This document shows positions 25,741 to 38,199 of a stretch of DNA of 64,000 bases, in pieces (positions within the stretch are counted from its first letter, which is position 1; each line of letters opens with the position of its first letter). Origin of the DNA: Vicugna vicugna (taxonomy: Eukaryota); contig MU057632.1 of the NCBI GenBank assembly GCA_013265495.1, positions 232,054-296,053 on the forward strand, in the 5' to 3' direction. The notes under the pieces were generated by a model, which worked only from the letters and a program-made list of their open reading frames with translations, was not told the origin of the DNA and made no database searches. The position numbers were made by a program, and so were the translations under genes.

Positions 25741-26551
25741 TTATCTTCATGTTACATATTTTGATAAGAGAAATAATGAAACTAAAAATTGGGAGGAGAA
25801 GGGAGAGGAAAAGAGAAAACCACAAAAGGCTCATTGCTGTATATACAGTAAGTATGTATTAAAGGATGCCAACTACCCTCCTCAAAACTGATAATGCGGA
25901 CAGTAAAAAGTTAAATGAGGAAACAGGGAATTAAAGTCACTAAAGGAGATCGAAGTACCAAAGTAACTCCTAAAAAAAAATCCCACCTTCTTCATTATCC
26001 ATTTTTATTTCTTTTAAAGTCCAACCTCCTCTGAAAGTCTTTTCTTCACCAGCCCTTCTCATCATGACCTTTCTCTCCTCTACACTTGCAGTACCTTGAG
26101 TTTGCACTCAAACGTTAATGATAAAACGTCTTGGGTGGCTCTCTAATCTAGAATTTCCCACTTTTCCATAGAACACCACTACTCCAAGAGATTTTCATAG
26201 GTCTGACTCACAAAGATGTTTCTTTGTCAAAGACAGGTTGGGAAGGCTGGGCTCCATGACAGTACCCGGATTTCTTTATCTCAGGACTTTATCTTAGATG
26301 CATTTAGCAGCTAATGTGAAAGGCGGAGTTCCAGGGGGAGCTTTTAGCGTACCATGTTTCTCAGACTTGGATCAAGGAACACCATCTTCCCCATATCTTA
26401 TTGGTATCCTAGGTGACACTTACATTTCTTAGAACCTCATGTGGCAGTCATCACACTCCTAAAAGCAGGGAATATATTCTTTATCCTTTTGAGACCCTTG
26501 TAGTACATAGTATAGTCCTGAAAACATCAAGGCACCCCCACACTGTTTCTT

Positions 26552-27403
26552 ATTTTTTTTTAATTCTTATTTTTTATTGAAGTGGTTGATTTACAATGTT
26601 AATTTCAGGTGTTCAGCAAAGTGATTCAGTTATACATATATATATATATATTTTTCTTCAGATTCTTTTCCATTACAGCTCATTACAAGAAATTGAATAT
26701 AGTTCCCTGTGCTCTACAGTAGGACCTTGTTGTTTATCTATTTTAAATATAGTAGTTTGTATCTGCTAATTCCAAATTCATAATTTATCCCTCCCTCCCC
26801 TTCCCCACTAGTAACCATAGTTTGTTTTCTATTTCTGTGAATCTATTTCTGGTTTATAAATAAAATTTGTATCTTTTTTTTTGATTCCACATATAAGCAA
26901 CATCATATGATATTTGTCTTTCTCTGTCTGACTTCACTTAGTATAATAATCTCTAGGTCCATCCATGTTGCTGCAAATGGCATTATTTCATTCTTTTTTA
27001 TGGCTGAGTAGTATTCCACCACATATATATGTATACACATATATACATACATATATGAAATATAAATATATAAATATAAAATCTTCTTTATCCATTTACC
27101 TGTTGATGGACATTTAGGTTGTTTCCATGTCTTGGTTATTGTAAATAGTGCTGCTATGAACATTGGATTTTTATGTATTTATTTTTAATGGAAGTACTGG
27201 GGATTGAACCCAGGACCTTGTGCATGCTAGGCACATGCTCTACCACCGAGCTATACCACCCCCTGCTATGAGCATTGATTGAGGTGCATGTATCTTTTTG
27301 AATTAGAGTTACCTCCAGATATATGCCCAGGAGTGGGATTGCTGGATCCTAGGATAACTCTATTGTTAGTTTTGTAAGGAACCTGCATGCTGTCCTTCGT
27401 AGT
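26552..27403 (-). mobile_element. Young L1 3' end containing a nested SINE
   Basis: Family match; perfect 14-bp TSD ccacactgtttctt at 26538-26551 and 27404-27417. Confidence 0.95.
27166..27263 (-). mobile_element. Short Vic-1-type SINE nested in L1
   Basis: tRNA-Ala head; TSD tgctatgaacattg (27152-27165) / tgctatgagcattg (27264-27277) duplicates L1 sequence. Confidence 0.93.
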
Positions 27404-27460
27404 CCACACTGTTTCTTCATTGCTTCAAATGGTTGAAGGAAAATAAGAACAAAGGAATGA

Positions 27461-27908
27461 TGTCCATTGACAGATGACTAGATAAAGAAGTTGTGGTATA
27501 TTTATACAATGGAATACTACTCAGCCATAAAAAAGAATAAAATATTGCCACTTGTAGCAACATGGATGGACGTAGAGATTGTCATTCTAAGTAAAATAAG
27601 CCAGAAAGAGAAAGAAAAATACCAAATGATATCACTTATATATGGAATGTAAAAAAATAAAAAAAGGCGAATGAACTTATTTGTAAAACAGAAATAGACT
27701 CTCAGACATAGAAAACAAACTTATGGTTACCAGGAGGAAGCAGGGTGGGAGGGGGTAAATTGGGAGTTAGATATTTGCAGATACTAACTGATATATATAT
27801 AGAATAAATAAACAACAAGTTCATGCTGTACAGCACAGGGAACTATATTTGATATCTTGTAGTAACTTATGGTGAAAAAGAATATGAAAACACATACATT
27901 TATGTTAA
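27461..27908 (+). mobile_element. Young L1 3' end, ending early
   Basis: tgtccattgacagatgac...cacagggaactatatttg...gaatatgaaaac; probable TSD aaaggaatga (27451-27460) / aaaagaatga (27909-27918). Confidence 0.9.
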
Positions 27909-28999
27909 AAAAGAATGAAAAATATATCAAAAAATAAACATACACTAAAGGCTTTCACCATACTTTTTTCTAACTGACTTAGTTATCTTCAATTAAATAC
28001 AGGGATGTGTCTTGTTTTAGATGTACATCTTAAAGTTACACAATGTGGTTATCTTCCACTGTGGTAACCAAAAGTCACCACAGAGGAAGGGGCCAGGGAC
28101 TGCTTATCAAATCATTTTGAATAGTTGAAAAATTCATTGACTAAAATTTTTACAAGGCAAGGAAGATAAAAGGGATGAAATAAACCCCTAAAATTAATAC
28201 CATGAGGTTTACCACATTTCATGTCCTATGTGTGAAAGGAGACAAATGGATAACGTCAGAACTGGGGACTTTCTCCTTTGTCACTGCTGAAGGGAGCCAG
28301 TGCTGAAATTCTGCTCCATATAATAAAACATACAGGAGGAAAAAAAACTGTCCCTTGAGTCTATCCCTGTCCCTGTATGTCTTCCTCTGACTGCTACAAG
28401 GCAGGGAACAAATTCATTCTCATTCTTGAGTTTCTCCAACTCCTTCCAAAAACAACAAGTCTTCAAGGCATAATTAAGTGGGTTTTATTGAAATCAGCTG
28501 TTGGTAGACCCTGCCAATCACCAGTGCCAGTTCCTGAGTCACGGGAGAAGCTCTGGGCTCTTGAACTCAGTCTGTACAGAGGAGATTTCTTCTCGAAGTA
28601 TTTCCTCTGCAATGTTACACACATGACTTCCAGAACCAGTCATGGGTTTCCAACTGAACACAGTTGAGTTTCTGTTTTCCTAGTGAAAGTTCACTTTGGT
28701 ATAAATATTTGCATGTCATCACAAACTAATAGAAGGGTACTCTTCAAAATATTGCTTTCTTTTTTAAAATGAGAAGATAAGAGAAAACTTTGGATTCTAA
28801 GTTAACTGGGAATATTTGACTTCTGATCATAAAATGTGCTTAAATTAATGAGGAAGGAAAGTAATACGTTTAGGAGATCACAACAAGAAGTTCCCTTGGG
28901 GCTTGGGATGTTACCGCAAAGTAGGACAAGGGAATTCTGTCTTCTGTAGCTGGCAGGACTTTGCAGGGAGGGGACTCTGACAGAAGGAAGCACCCCCCT

Positions 29000-29075
29000 G
29001 GCTCTGCACCAGCGTGTGGCCTTGGGCAGGCACCCTAACCTCTCTGAGCTTGGCCTTCCCCTTTGGTGAACCCAA
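29000..29075 (+). mobile_element. MIR fragment
   Basis: gtgtggccttgggcaggcaccctaacctctctgagc. Confidence 0.55.
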
Positions 29076-29339
29076 GAGGATGACTGCATAAGCTTGAACA
29101 TCACTTCCAGCTAAATCCAAATCCAGGACATTATCACTCTGTGTTATCACTCTGTGCATGCTCGAGCCCCTCTGAGACAGAGTGAGCTACAGGGCACTCT
29201 GCTGGGTGTTGCCAGCCCTAAAGCCATCAGATTCTGCTCTATTTACCCCAGTTGTGAAGTTTTCCTAAAGATTTAAGTGATGATGTTTAAACCTAATAAG
29301 TTAAACTTCAATAGCAGCCTGATTGTTGAAAGTTGGATT

Positions 29340-29625
29340 TAGAAAACAAATTTATAGTTACCAAAGGGGAAAGGTGGGGAGGGACAAATTGGGAGTTTAG
29401 GATTAGCAGATACACACTACTGTATCTAAAGTAGATAAAGAACAAAGACCTACTGTACAGCACAGGGAACTACCTTCAACATCTTGTAACAACCTACAAT
29501 GAAAATGAATATGAAAAAGAATATATAAATATATATAACTGATTCACCATGCTGTACACCAGATACTAACACAACATTATAAATCAACTATACTTCACTA
29601 AAACAAAACAAAACAAAACAAAAAA
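29340..29625 (+). mobile_element. Young L1 3' end with (CAAAA)n tail
   Basis: agaaaacaaatttatagttaccaaagggg...cacagggaactac...ctgtacaccagatactaacac...cttcactaaaac. Confidence 0.92.
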
Positions 29626-29815
29626 TATATATATGGGGACCCAATAGTTAACAGTTCTGCAGACAACTGGACCACTTTCCTCCTTCACATTGTCTGATGC
29701 TGTGAGTCAACAGTGCAACACAAATGGGCATGAGACCATCTGCTCAGACGACTGGGCCGAAACAGCTCACGATGAAATGTTAGGAAAATGGCTTATGGGA
29801 AAGAAAAAAATGGGA

Positions 29816-30469
29816 CAATCGATTCCTGGGATTTGTGGTCATTCTATGTTCTATAAAGTTGCTCTCAGCACTGAGTTAGTGAATCCTGAACCACCTCATG
29901 GAGGGATGATGGAAAGTGAGGTTCCTGGGAGCCTCTGGGCACAAGAGTCTGTTCCATCATTCAGTACCGAACTTTGCTGTATGTGTGCTTTTGTTTAAAG
30001 ACACATTACTTAATAGATACTGTTGGTTCCTGGACACAACTCCCAGCCAGGAGCAGCGGCACCGATGCCTAAAAGAAGCTTAATTCACACTTGCATTTTC
30101 TCCACGAGGCACATCACAGCCTTCTCATGTTAGGACATCAGACGGCACTTCAGCAATGTGCCTGCGGACCACTTTAAATACTGAAATCATTTACAATAGT
30201 GAAATCATCAGCAAAAGGCACTAAAATGTGAAAAGTGTGATAGTAAACAGACCATGAAGAAAACACTTGTTTACAGTCTGGGACCTAAACCCAGGAGGCA
30301 AAGCAGAGCCAGGAGGCAGCAGGAAACACGCATGTTGGGGACCGAGACTCTTCGCGGCTCTACCAATGATCACAGAAGTAACACGAGGACTGATTCTTGT
30401 CTCACAAATAACCTTCAGTTACTTAGAAAATTTGTAAATAGCGGATTTGCGAATAAGGAGGATTGACTG
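29816..30469 (+). mobile_element. MER82 (TcMar-Tigger non-autonomous DNA transposon), near full length
   Basis: Degenerate inverted termini caatcgattcct / gaggattgactg; internal tatgttctataaagt, ttttctccacgaggcacatcacagccttct, acacttgtttacagt. Confidence 0.85.
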
Positions 30470-30530
30470 CATGTATAAACTGCACATAAATTCAAAATAT
30501 GTAAATACTTATATATAACTTCCTGTATTT

Positions 30531-30677
30531 TATTTTTGTTGGTTTTTTTTTTGGAGGGGGAGATAATCTGGTTTATTTATTTGCTTATTTATTGATTTAG
30601 TGGAGGTACCAGGGACTGAACCCAGGACCTCATGCATGCTAAGCAAGCACTCTACCACTAAGCTATAATCTCCCCCC
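30531..30677 (-). mobile_element. Vic-1-type SINE
   Basis: tRNA-Ala head; TSD aacttcctgtattt (30517-30530) / aaattcctatattt (30678-30691). Confidence 0.92.
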
Positions 30678-31058
30678 AAATTCCTATATTTAACAAGCAA
30701 AAGACAGTATTACTATTATCAACTCATGTAAAATATGCACTTGAAAAGAATATTTTCTTATAAGTAAGGAGTAAGTAAAATCAATAAAATAATTATAGCT
30801 CACATAAAAGTAAAATCTTTCTGTACTCTAAGGCATATTTTCCCTGTGGGTGAAGGTTTTAGAATCAACAAATAAACTGGAGTTACAATATGGAAAACCT
30901 ATGGCAGCTGCAAACGCTGTCAGGAACTGAGAGCATGAGGCTTTGCTTCCGGGGACGACTCACACAACTCTTTTGACCACGTGCTTCCAACAACCCACAG
31001 ACAGTCGTAAGGGGCAGAAAGAGGAGTACAATGAGCAACTTGGATGACGCTGTTGTCC

Positions 31059-31200
31059 TTTTTTCAATTAAAATTTTAAAAAAATTTAGTTTTAGGTGGG
31101 GAGGTAATTAGGTTTATTTATGTAATGTAAATACTGGGGATTGAACCCAGGACCTCGTGCATGCTGAGCACAGCGCTCTACCACTGAGCTACACCCTCCC
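31059..31200 (-). mobile_element. Vic-1-type SINE
   Basis: ctggggattgaacccaggacctcgtgcatgctgagc...ctctaccactgagctacaccctccc. Confidence 0.92.
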
Positions 31201-32758
31201 TACTGGAAGGCTGTCTTAATGACCTACTATAGATCCTACTGTAGGTCCATTTGGCCTCCCCTCCACCTCCCTCCAGTTCTCAGTCTCCTGTTGGTGATTC
31301 TCATCACATGCCAGGCTCAGAGGTGACAATGCCCGTAGAAGGCCTGTGTTTTCAAGCTTCTTTCATTGTGATCTCAGTCTGTCACACATGAATACTCAGC
31401 ACACACAAAATCCTGTGCATCAAAGCATTCTTGTTCACTCTGGTCCACGGCTGGCAGGTTTTCAAAAATCCTTGCCGGTACAAAATCACTCTACATTACA
31501 TTTATTTGTTTTAGAGTGTTAAATGAAAAGAGCTACTGCTGAGAGTTGAGTTAAAAAATTAAACACACTCAAGACACTTCCCACACTTTTGTGCTCTTGG
31601 ATGTCATTTCTGTCATTAGGTTTGAATTGTATTATGAATCTCTCTAGATCCTCGAGTTTCTAAGTAAACTTTTATTCAACAACAGTTTCAGCCTAACTTT
31701 TCCCCAAAGCAATTAACAAATGATAAAACTATTAACTCGTATTATAAATGCTGAAATGAGAAAGTGTGATTTATTCATTCCCTTCATTTATGAGGGAGAA
31801 TTCTTATTTTTCTTAGTATTTCTGAATCTCAGGGCTGTCCAGCATATTAGATAACCAAAATAACACTGCTTGCTTCTCTTTGGATTCAGATCTGCTGTCT
31901 CCTAAAATATGTTCACGGCATCCTTCACGGGTAGCATGAAGGATGTGTGTTGAATGTCTTTGCCATAATCCACATATTTGCATGTTTTCTAAAAACACAG
32001 AAACCTGAAACTTGATTGGGAGCTTTGTTCATGGAGAGTTCCTGAATTCCAGCAATTTGTAAGCTTTTTCCTTTTCTTGCCCAAATATGAAAGTCAGTGT
32101 TAATTTGATGCCTCTAAATTAAATAGCAAATATGAGACAGCAAAAATGCGAGCCAAGAAGGCCCTGGGCAAGATTCCCAGGCAGAGACGCTGGAATCCTG
32201 GCCTCGATCTGCAGGATCATTACTGCCCAGACCTCGCCTGAAAGCTAAATGTATTTTATTCTGCTTGTCGGTGCAGGCTTTGCCTCTAACAAGACCAGAG
32301 ATAACTAAATTTATTTTCTCCTGCCAAAACAAAAATCTGATTTCAATTCATATTTTCAAATGGGAAAGCAAAGACGACTAGCTGTGTCGTCACATCCTAG
32401 GTGTTACAATCCAACTCAGACGTATAGAGAAGAGAGAAGGGAAAGCACATTCTAAACCCAACTGTCCACTTTCCCTGCAGTGAACAGGGAGCACACACAG
32501 GTTTTCCTGAAGTTTCATCTTTGTTTGTTGTTATTAGTAAAAGGGGTCTTAGCGGTGATTCAGGAACATTAACAGCCCTCTCTAACATGGTTTATTTAAT
32601 AATGATCACCACAGGTTTTCCTGTCTTCAGACAATGTACTATGCTTTGAAAATGTAAGAAATCATGTTTCAATCATGCCAATGTCTTCTGTTAATGTCAG
32701 TGGAATTGTTACTTGGTTCTTGGCCTTAATATAGGGCCTGTTGAACATCAGTCAAACA

Positions 32759-32893
32759 GGGGGAGGTTATAGCTCAGTGGTAGAGTGTGTGCTTAACCTG
32801 CACGAGGCCCTGGATTCAATCTCTAGTATCTCCATTAAATGAATGAACCTAATTACCTCCCCCCCAAAATAAAATTAAAAAATGAAATAAAAA
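32759..32893 (+). mobile_element. Vic-1-type SINE
   Basis: gggggaggttatagctcagtggtagagtg...cctaattacctcccccc plus A-rich tail. Confidence 0.92.
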
Positions 32894-33609
32894 ACCATCA
32901 ATTGGACATACATTTATTTTATGCCCTCACATGATACAGTTTTCGTATTTTGTTGCACTTTATTATATCAGCTTAAATACATCTAAATTCCCTTGCCATA
33001 TTGTCCAATAGACAGGCAATGCTTACAGACAATGACAGTGAGAATCCAGAAAGTGAGCACGTTTCTGAGAGCAGAGAGTGTTTCGTTTGTGCCTGGGGTA
33101 TGTTGGGAGAGAGTGTAGAACGCATTTCTGGGGCTCAACCTCCCATAAAAAGCAATTGTGAAACAGTGTTCACGAATTGAACATGACAATGATTTTGTGT
33201 TTCTACTAACACTGTGTTATGAATTGGTCATTTGAGACAATCTCTATCCTCGATACTGGAATTCCATCAAATTGACCGCTCATCTTCCCAACTGGTAGAC
33301 TTGGGGTGGGGGTGGGGAGGTCGTAGCACTGAAGACTTTAACTGCCCATCTGCTCTAGGTTACATTCAGACTCTTCTCTTGTCATGGGTGGTTGGAGGCT
33401 CCATGAAGGGTCCCCTAGTCATAGAACACTATTCAGCATTCAGATTCCACTGGCTAAACTGGATGCCTTTCATTTACTAAGAAAAAAAGATGGAGCATCT
33501 TTTCTGTGCCAGGTACTCTGTATTCGGCCCCAGGTACATGTGAGTTCATAAGCACCGAAGGATCTGGGGAATCTGTTAAAATAATGCAGTCATTCTAAAA
33601 GAGGGCTTA

Positions 33610-34061
33610 TCGATACCTTGTATCAGCCTATAATGACAAAGGGAGAAGGGTATAATGCAGTGGTGGAGCATGTGTTTATCAAGTGCTAGGTCCTAGGTTT
33701 GAGCCCCAGTGCCTCCATATAAATAAATTAAGAAAAAAACCTAATTAGCCCCCCAAAACAACAACAAAACAAGGTCCTACTGTACAGCACAGGGAACTAT
33801 AGTCAATATCTTGTAGTAATCTATAATGAAAATGGATATGAAAAGGAATATACGCATGTACATGCATGACTGAAACATGATGCTGTACACCAGAAATTGA
33901 CACAACATTGTAAACTGACTAGACTTTAATAAAAAAAAGAAAAGGAATATGAAAAGGAATACCTATATGTAAATGTGTAACTGAACCACTATGCTGTCCA
34001 CCAGAAAGTAACACAACTTTGTAAGCCAACTATACTTCTATAAAAAACCATAAAATAAAAT
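33610..34061 (+). mobile_element. Composite: L1 3' tip interrupted by SINE (33641-33768) plus a second L1 3' end (33768-33939)
   Basis: Outer L1 reads gataccttgtatcagcctataatga|...|aaaggaatatgaaaaggaat; outer TSD aaagagggctta (33598-33609) / aaagaggactca (34062-34073). Confidence 0.85.
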
Positions 34062-34280
34062 AAAGAGGACTCAGAATTTTTCTTTTCCACAATTTGTGTG
34101 ACTTCGCATTTCAGAATAATTGATAGAAAACACTGCTATGACTGGGAAAAGGAAGATGAGAAGAATGAAATGATTTCCTGGGGAGCCCCTTAAGCTATCA
34201 GCCTTTCTCTCAGGTTTTCTGTGGAAAAGCCAACCAAGTAGTGAAATCCACACCATGAGTAACATGGACACTAGGAGAGT

Positions 34281-34396
34281 CGGGGGTGGGGAGCTAATTA
34301 GGTTTACTTACTTATTGTAATGAAGGTACTGGGGACTGAACCCAGAGCCTCGTGCATGCTAAGCACGCGCTCTACCACTTGAGTTACACCTTCCCC
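34281..34396 (-). mobile_element. Vic-1-type SINE lacking terminal A tail
   Basis: tRNA-Ala(AGC) head; TSD actaggagagt (34270-34280) / acttaggagaat (34397-34408). Confidence 0.9.
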
Positions 34397-34554
34397 ACTT
34401 AGGAGAATGGAATCTTTAAAAGTGAACCCGCCTTCAGCTCATACTGCTTTGAAGTAAGATAGCTGAGACATTGAGAAGATCCTCATTAGCATTTCAATGA
34501 CAAGAGGATGGAGGTTTTTGAAATGGAAGACAACGGGGAGATCCCTGTGCTGAT

Positions 34555-34728
34555 GCCTCTACATTCGGACTGCACATCAGAATCATCGGGGAGTGTTTAA
34601 AAAATATTCTTATTCAGGCTTCATCCAAGGATGGAAGTGTCTTAGAATCCCTGGGAGTGGGGCCGAGGTACCAAAAGTTTTAAAAAGCTTCCTAAGTACA
34701 TCCAGCCAAGGCTGAGACCTACGGCTCT
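34555..34728. mobile_element. MER5A-like hAT-Charlie element
   Basis: gactgcacatcagaatcatcggggagtgtttaaaaaatatt...agaatccctgggagtggggcc...cagccaaggctgagacc. Confidence 0.75.
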
Positions 34729-35264
34729 AGGCCAGTGCTCACTCATTTCAAAGTTTGTAAAAGCCAGAGGCACAAGACTCAGGGAGGGGCTTGAGATCAT
34801 GCTGTCAGGTCAGGGCAGGGCTGAGCCCGCCCTGTCGTCTCCAGACGCTGTAAGGCAACGGGTCTGATCACTGGTGCCCCAAACACCTGCTTTTGTCTGT
34901 GCTGACTTCGGAGGAAGCTTCGGAGGGTCTCCCAACAGAATCCTATCAAACATTCAAAAGGTCTGACATCACTTAAAGCTTTGAGATGTCAAAATCCCAT
35001 CTTTTGGGAGAGGCGAAAGCCAGGGCACACTGCCCCTCTTGCAATCAGAGTATCTCAATTTTTATCTGCTTAATATTACCGGTTTCCTCCATAAGCTTTC
35101 ACATCAAGAAAAAGCTAAAAAAAAAAAAAGCTTTAAGAAACACCGAGTTCTCTCTACGCTCAAAGAAGAGAATGACTTGAGTTAACCATTTAGATACTGT
35201 TTAAATTATGCCTACTGTCCTTGAAGGGGTATTTATGCACGAAGGAGGGGGAGACAGTAAAGGC

Positions 35265-35432
35265 AACGTAGTCATGAAGTGGTTAAATGGTTTGGCCCTG
35301 GTTTGAGTCTCTCCTCTGATTTGAGCAACCTCTCTGAGCACTGGTGTTTTTTCACATGTAAATAAAGATACTGTTGTGGGGTTCCTGCGAAGGATTACAT
35401 GAAATGACCAATGCAGTAAAGGCTTTAGCACA
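35265..35432 (+). mobile_element. MIR
   Basis: aacctctctgagcactggtgttttttcacatgtaaa...aggattacatgaaatgac...aaaggctttagcaca. Confidence 0.65.
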
Positions 35433-35609
35433 AAAAGCAACAATGTCACATTCAACAGGGAGCACCTGTCCATGTTTCCCAGATTAATTTCCTCCTCTTC
35501 CCTTGTGGTTGACAGCAAAGGAAAGGTTTCTATTTCACTGTGACCTAGGATGATGTCTAAAAAAACTTAGCACTTTAAACATTCTAAAGGTGGCCTTGTT
35601 TTGATAACT

Positions 35610-35761
35610 GTTTTTTTTTTAATGGTTTTTTTTGTAGGGGTGATTAGCTTAATTATTTTTTATTTATTTTAAAATTTATTTTTAATGGAGGGACTGGGGA
35701 TTGAACTCAGGACCTCGTACACTCTAGGCACACACTTCACCACTGAGCTCTATCCTCCTCC
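35610..35761 (-). mobile_element. Vic-1-type SINE
   Basis: tRNA head; TSD ttgataact at 35601-35609 and 35762-35770. Confidence 0.9.
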
Positions 35762-36957
35762 TTGATAACTATCGTCTTTGCATGGTATCTTAAGAAAACA
35801 TAAGCTTAAAAGACCCATTTTTATAGGACTTTGGTGCATCACGGTGCTTCCGGATTACAAAAAGCAAAATGATTAATCTCTGAGGTGCTTTTGAAGAACC
35901 AGGTCCTCATTTCTCCTATATCAACCCACAGCCCTGCCCAAGTAACCCAGCCAACGTAAGATGGATCAAGTCGCCTACAATCTCCATGGTCCTCCTTTTA
36001 TTAAAGGCACCAATTTCCCCCTTGCAGTTATAACAGATTAGAGTGAGCAAGCATTTTGGCAACACTGAGAGCAATTAAAAATGATTTAAAAGGCGAAAGG
36101 GTAAAAATTCCCAGACACGAAACACATCAAAGTAATCTAGCCGTTCAATTATTTTTTATTTAATCAAAGGTCTCAACTTGACTTTTTGTCTTCACTTTAA
36201 AGAAGTGTAAACTGAACAATTCCAAAGGCCTTCAGATGATTTATTCATGTTTGGTAATGAAGTTGATGTGTCCAATTTCAATTTCACAATTACTCAGACT
36301 ACTCATGATAAGAATGGCCCAGGGTCCCTCTCGGAATGATGGTTTTGAGTGATTATGCCAAGGGCTAAAATAAAGGGATGAAAAATCGTGGAACAACTGC
36401 TTGTGAAAACAACCTAAACTGATGTTTAGATCTGCCCTTGTCCCTCCACGCGCTGCCAAATTTCCATGATGCTACCAACTTAACTGCCTTTAAAGACCTC
36501 TGCCAAGAGACGTCTCTTATCTGTAGGAAGAAAACAAAGGGGGACCTTTTCCATGAGCTAAGAAGAAATCTCAAGTTCACAGGATCCAGATATAAGGTGG
36601 CAACAGCTGACAAGACTGAGAAACTGGGAGAGGGCAGATTTTCACACACACAAACACAGCATCCCAGCCCCAGACCCCTTCACGTTCACCACCAAGGTTT
36701 GCCCTTTCTACCAGGCGCTGTCCTCAGCAAGCAGACGTCGGCCACAATTTCACTGCACATGGGAAACCAACCAGGTAAAGCAACTGACTGTGCTGAGTGC
36801 ATCTGGGGGAAGGGCTGCATTCTAGAAAAGCACATTCTGTCACCATGTCTTGCTTTCAACTTACATTCCTGCCACCTCTTCCCCTAGAGGAATATTTTCC
36901 ATCACCAATGAGACAAAAATGCTCACTCTTAAGTTTCTCAGAAGTGAGAGTTTTCTC

Positions 36958-37647
36958 CACATGACTATTTATGAAATAGATAAACAATAAGGACCTACTG
37001 TATAGCACAGGGAACTATATTTGATTTCTTATAATAAGCTATAATGGAAAAGAATCTGAAAAGATATATATGTATGTGTATATATAACTGAACACTTGGC
37101 TGTACATGTGAAGCTAATGTTATAAATCAATTATACTTCAGTAAAAAATTTAAAAAATAAAGTGGATGACATTCACAACAAAGACACTGTAAATGGCTAA
37201 CATATAAAAAATGTTTAATTTTACTGTTAGCCAAAGAAACGTAAAATAAAACCAGATCCCATGTTCACCCAGCCAACTGTTAAGATTGACAGTGATGATG
37301 ATGAAATAAATATTAGTGACCACGTGATAAAACTGGAATATAAATTGTCACAATCTGTCTGAAAGAATTTCAACAGTTTTAACATTTTTTGACTCAGTAG
37401 TTCTATTTCTAGGAATCCATCATGAGAAGATACTGGAGATAGAGTCAGGATGGTCATCACATTATTACTGATCAGACTTAAATACCGGAAGTAATTGTAG
37501 CATATGACAACAAAAGGTTGATACAACAGAGTATATTTATGTTGTAAAATATATTTTTAAAAGCATATATCAAGGAATATTTAACAACATGAGGAAATGC
37601 TTACAATGGAATGTTAAAAATTTAAAAATAATCAAAAGTGAAAAAGA
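36958..37647 (+). mobile_element. Young L1 3' tip (about 36965-37160) plus about 480 bp of ancient L1M-like DNA within one TSD pair
   Basis: Perfect 18-bp direct repeat agaagtgagagttttctc at 36940-36957 and 37648-37665; A-rich tail before the second copy; old L1 motif tttgactcagtagttctatttctaggaat. Confidence 0.85.
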
Positions 37648-37819
37648 AGAAGTGAGAGTTTTCTCAACACACACACAGGTCTTGAAAAATCTTCTGAGAC
37701 TATGACACCTTAACTCCTGGCTCACAAAAGTAGAGCCGCATTAATAATCCTTACTTAAGTGGAGGCACTGGAATGCTGCTTTCATGGTCTCAAATTGTTT
37801 TACTGCAGCATTATTCTTT

Positions 37820-38199
37820 TCCCCTTGGGTAACCATAAGTTTGTTTTCTATGTCTGTAAGTCTGTTTCTGGCTTGTAAATACAATTTGTATCTTTTCTTT
37901 CTTTTTTTTTTTTTTGATTCCACATTTAAGTGATAGCATATAATATCTATCTTTCTCTGACTTAATTCTCTTAGTATGGTAATCTCTAGGTCCACCCACC
38001 TTGCCACAAATGGCATTGTTTTATTCTTTTTTATGGCTGAGTAGTATTCTATTGTAAAATATACCACATCTTCTTTATCTAGTCACCTGTTGATGGACAT
38101 TTAGGTTGTTTCTGTGTCTTGGCTATTGCAAATAGTGCTGCTATGAATATTGGGCTGCAGGTGTCTTTTAAAATTAAAGTTCCCTCTATACATGCCCAG
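37820..38199 (-). mobile_element. Young L1 fragment lacking its 3' terminus
   Basis: ggtaaccataagtttgttttctatg...aatggcattgttttattcttttttatggctgagtagtattc...gctatgaatattgg. Confidence 0.9.

Noticed and set aside
26903..27163. ORF MFIAALFTITKTWKQPKCPS (also 38079, 52721, 722 and similar)
   Set aside because: L1 ORF2 C-terminus or 3'UTR remnants, not host genes.
36438..36887. 149-aa ORF
   Set aside because: Non-ATG start, no recognisable domain; within chance expectation for 64 kb.
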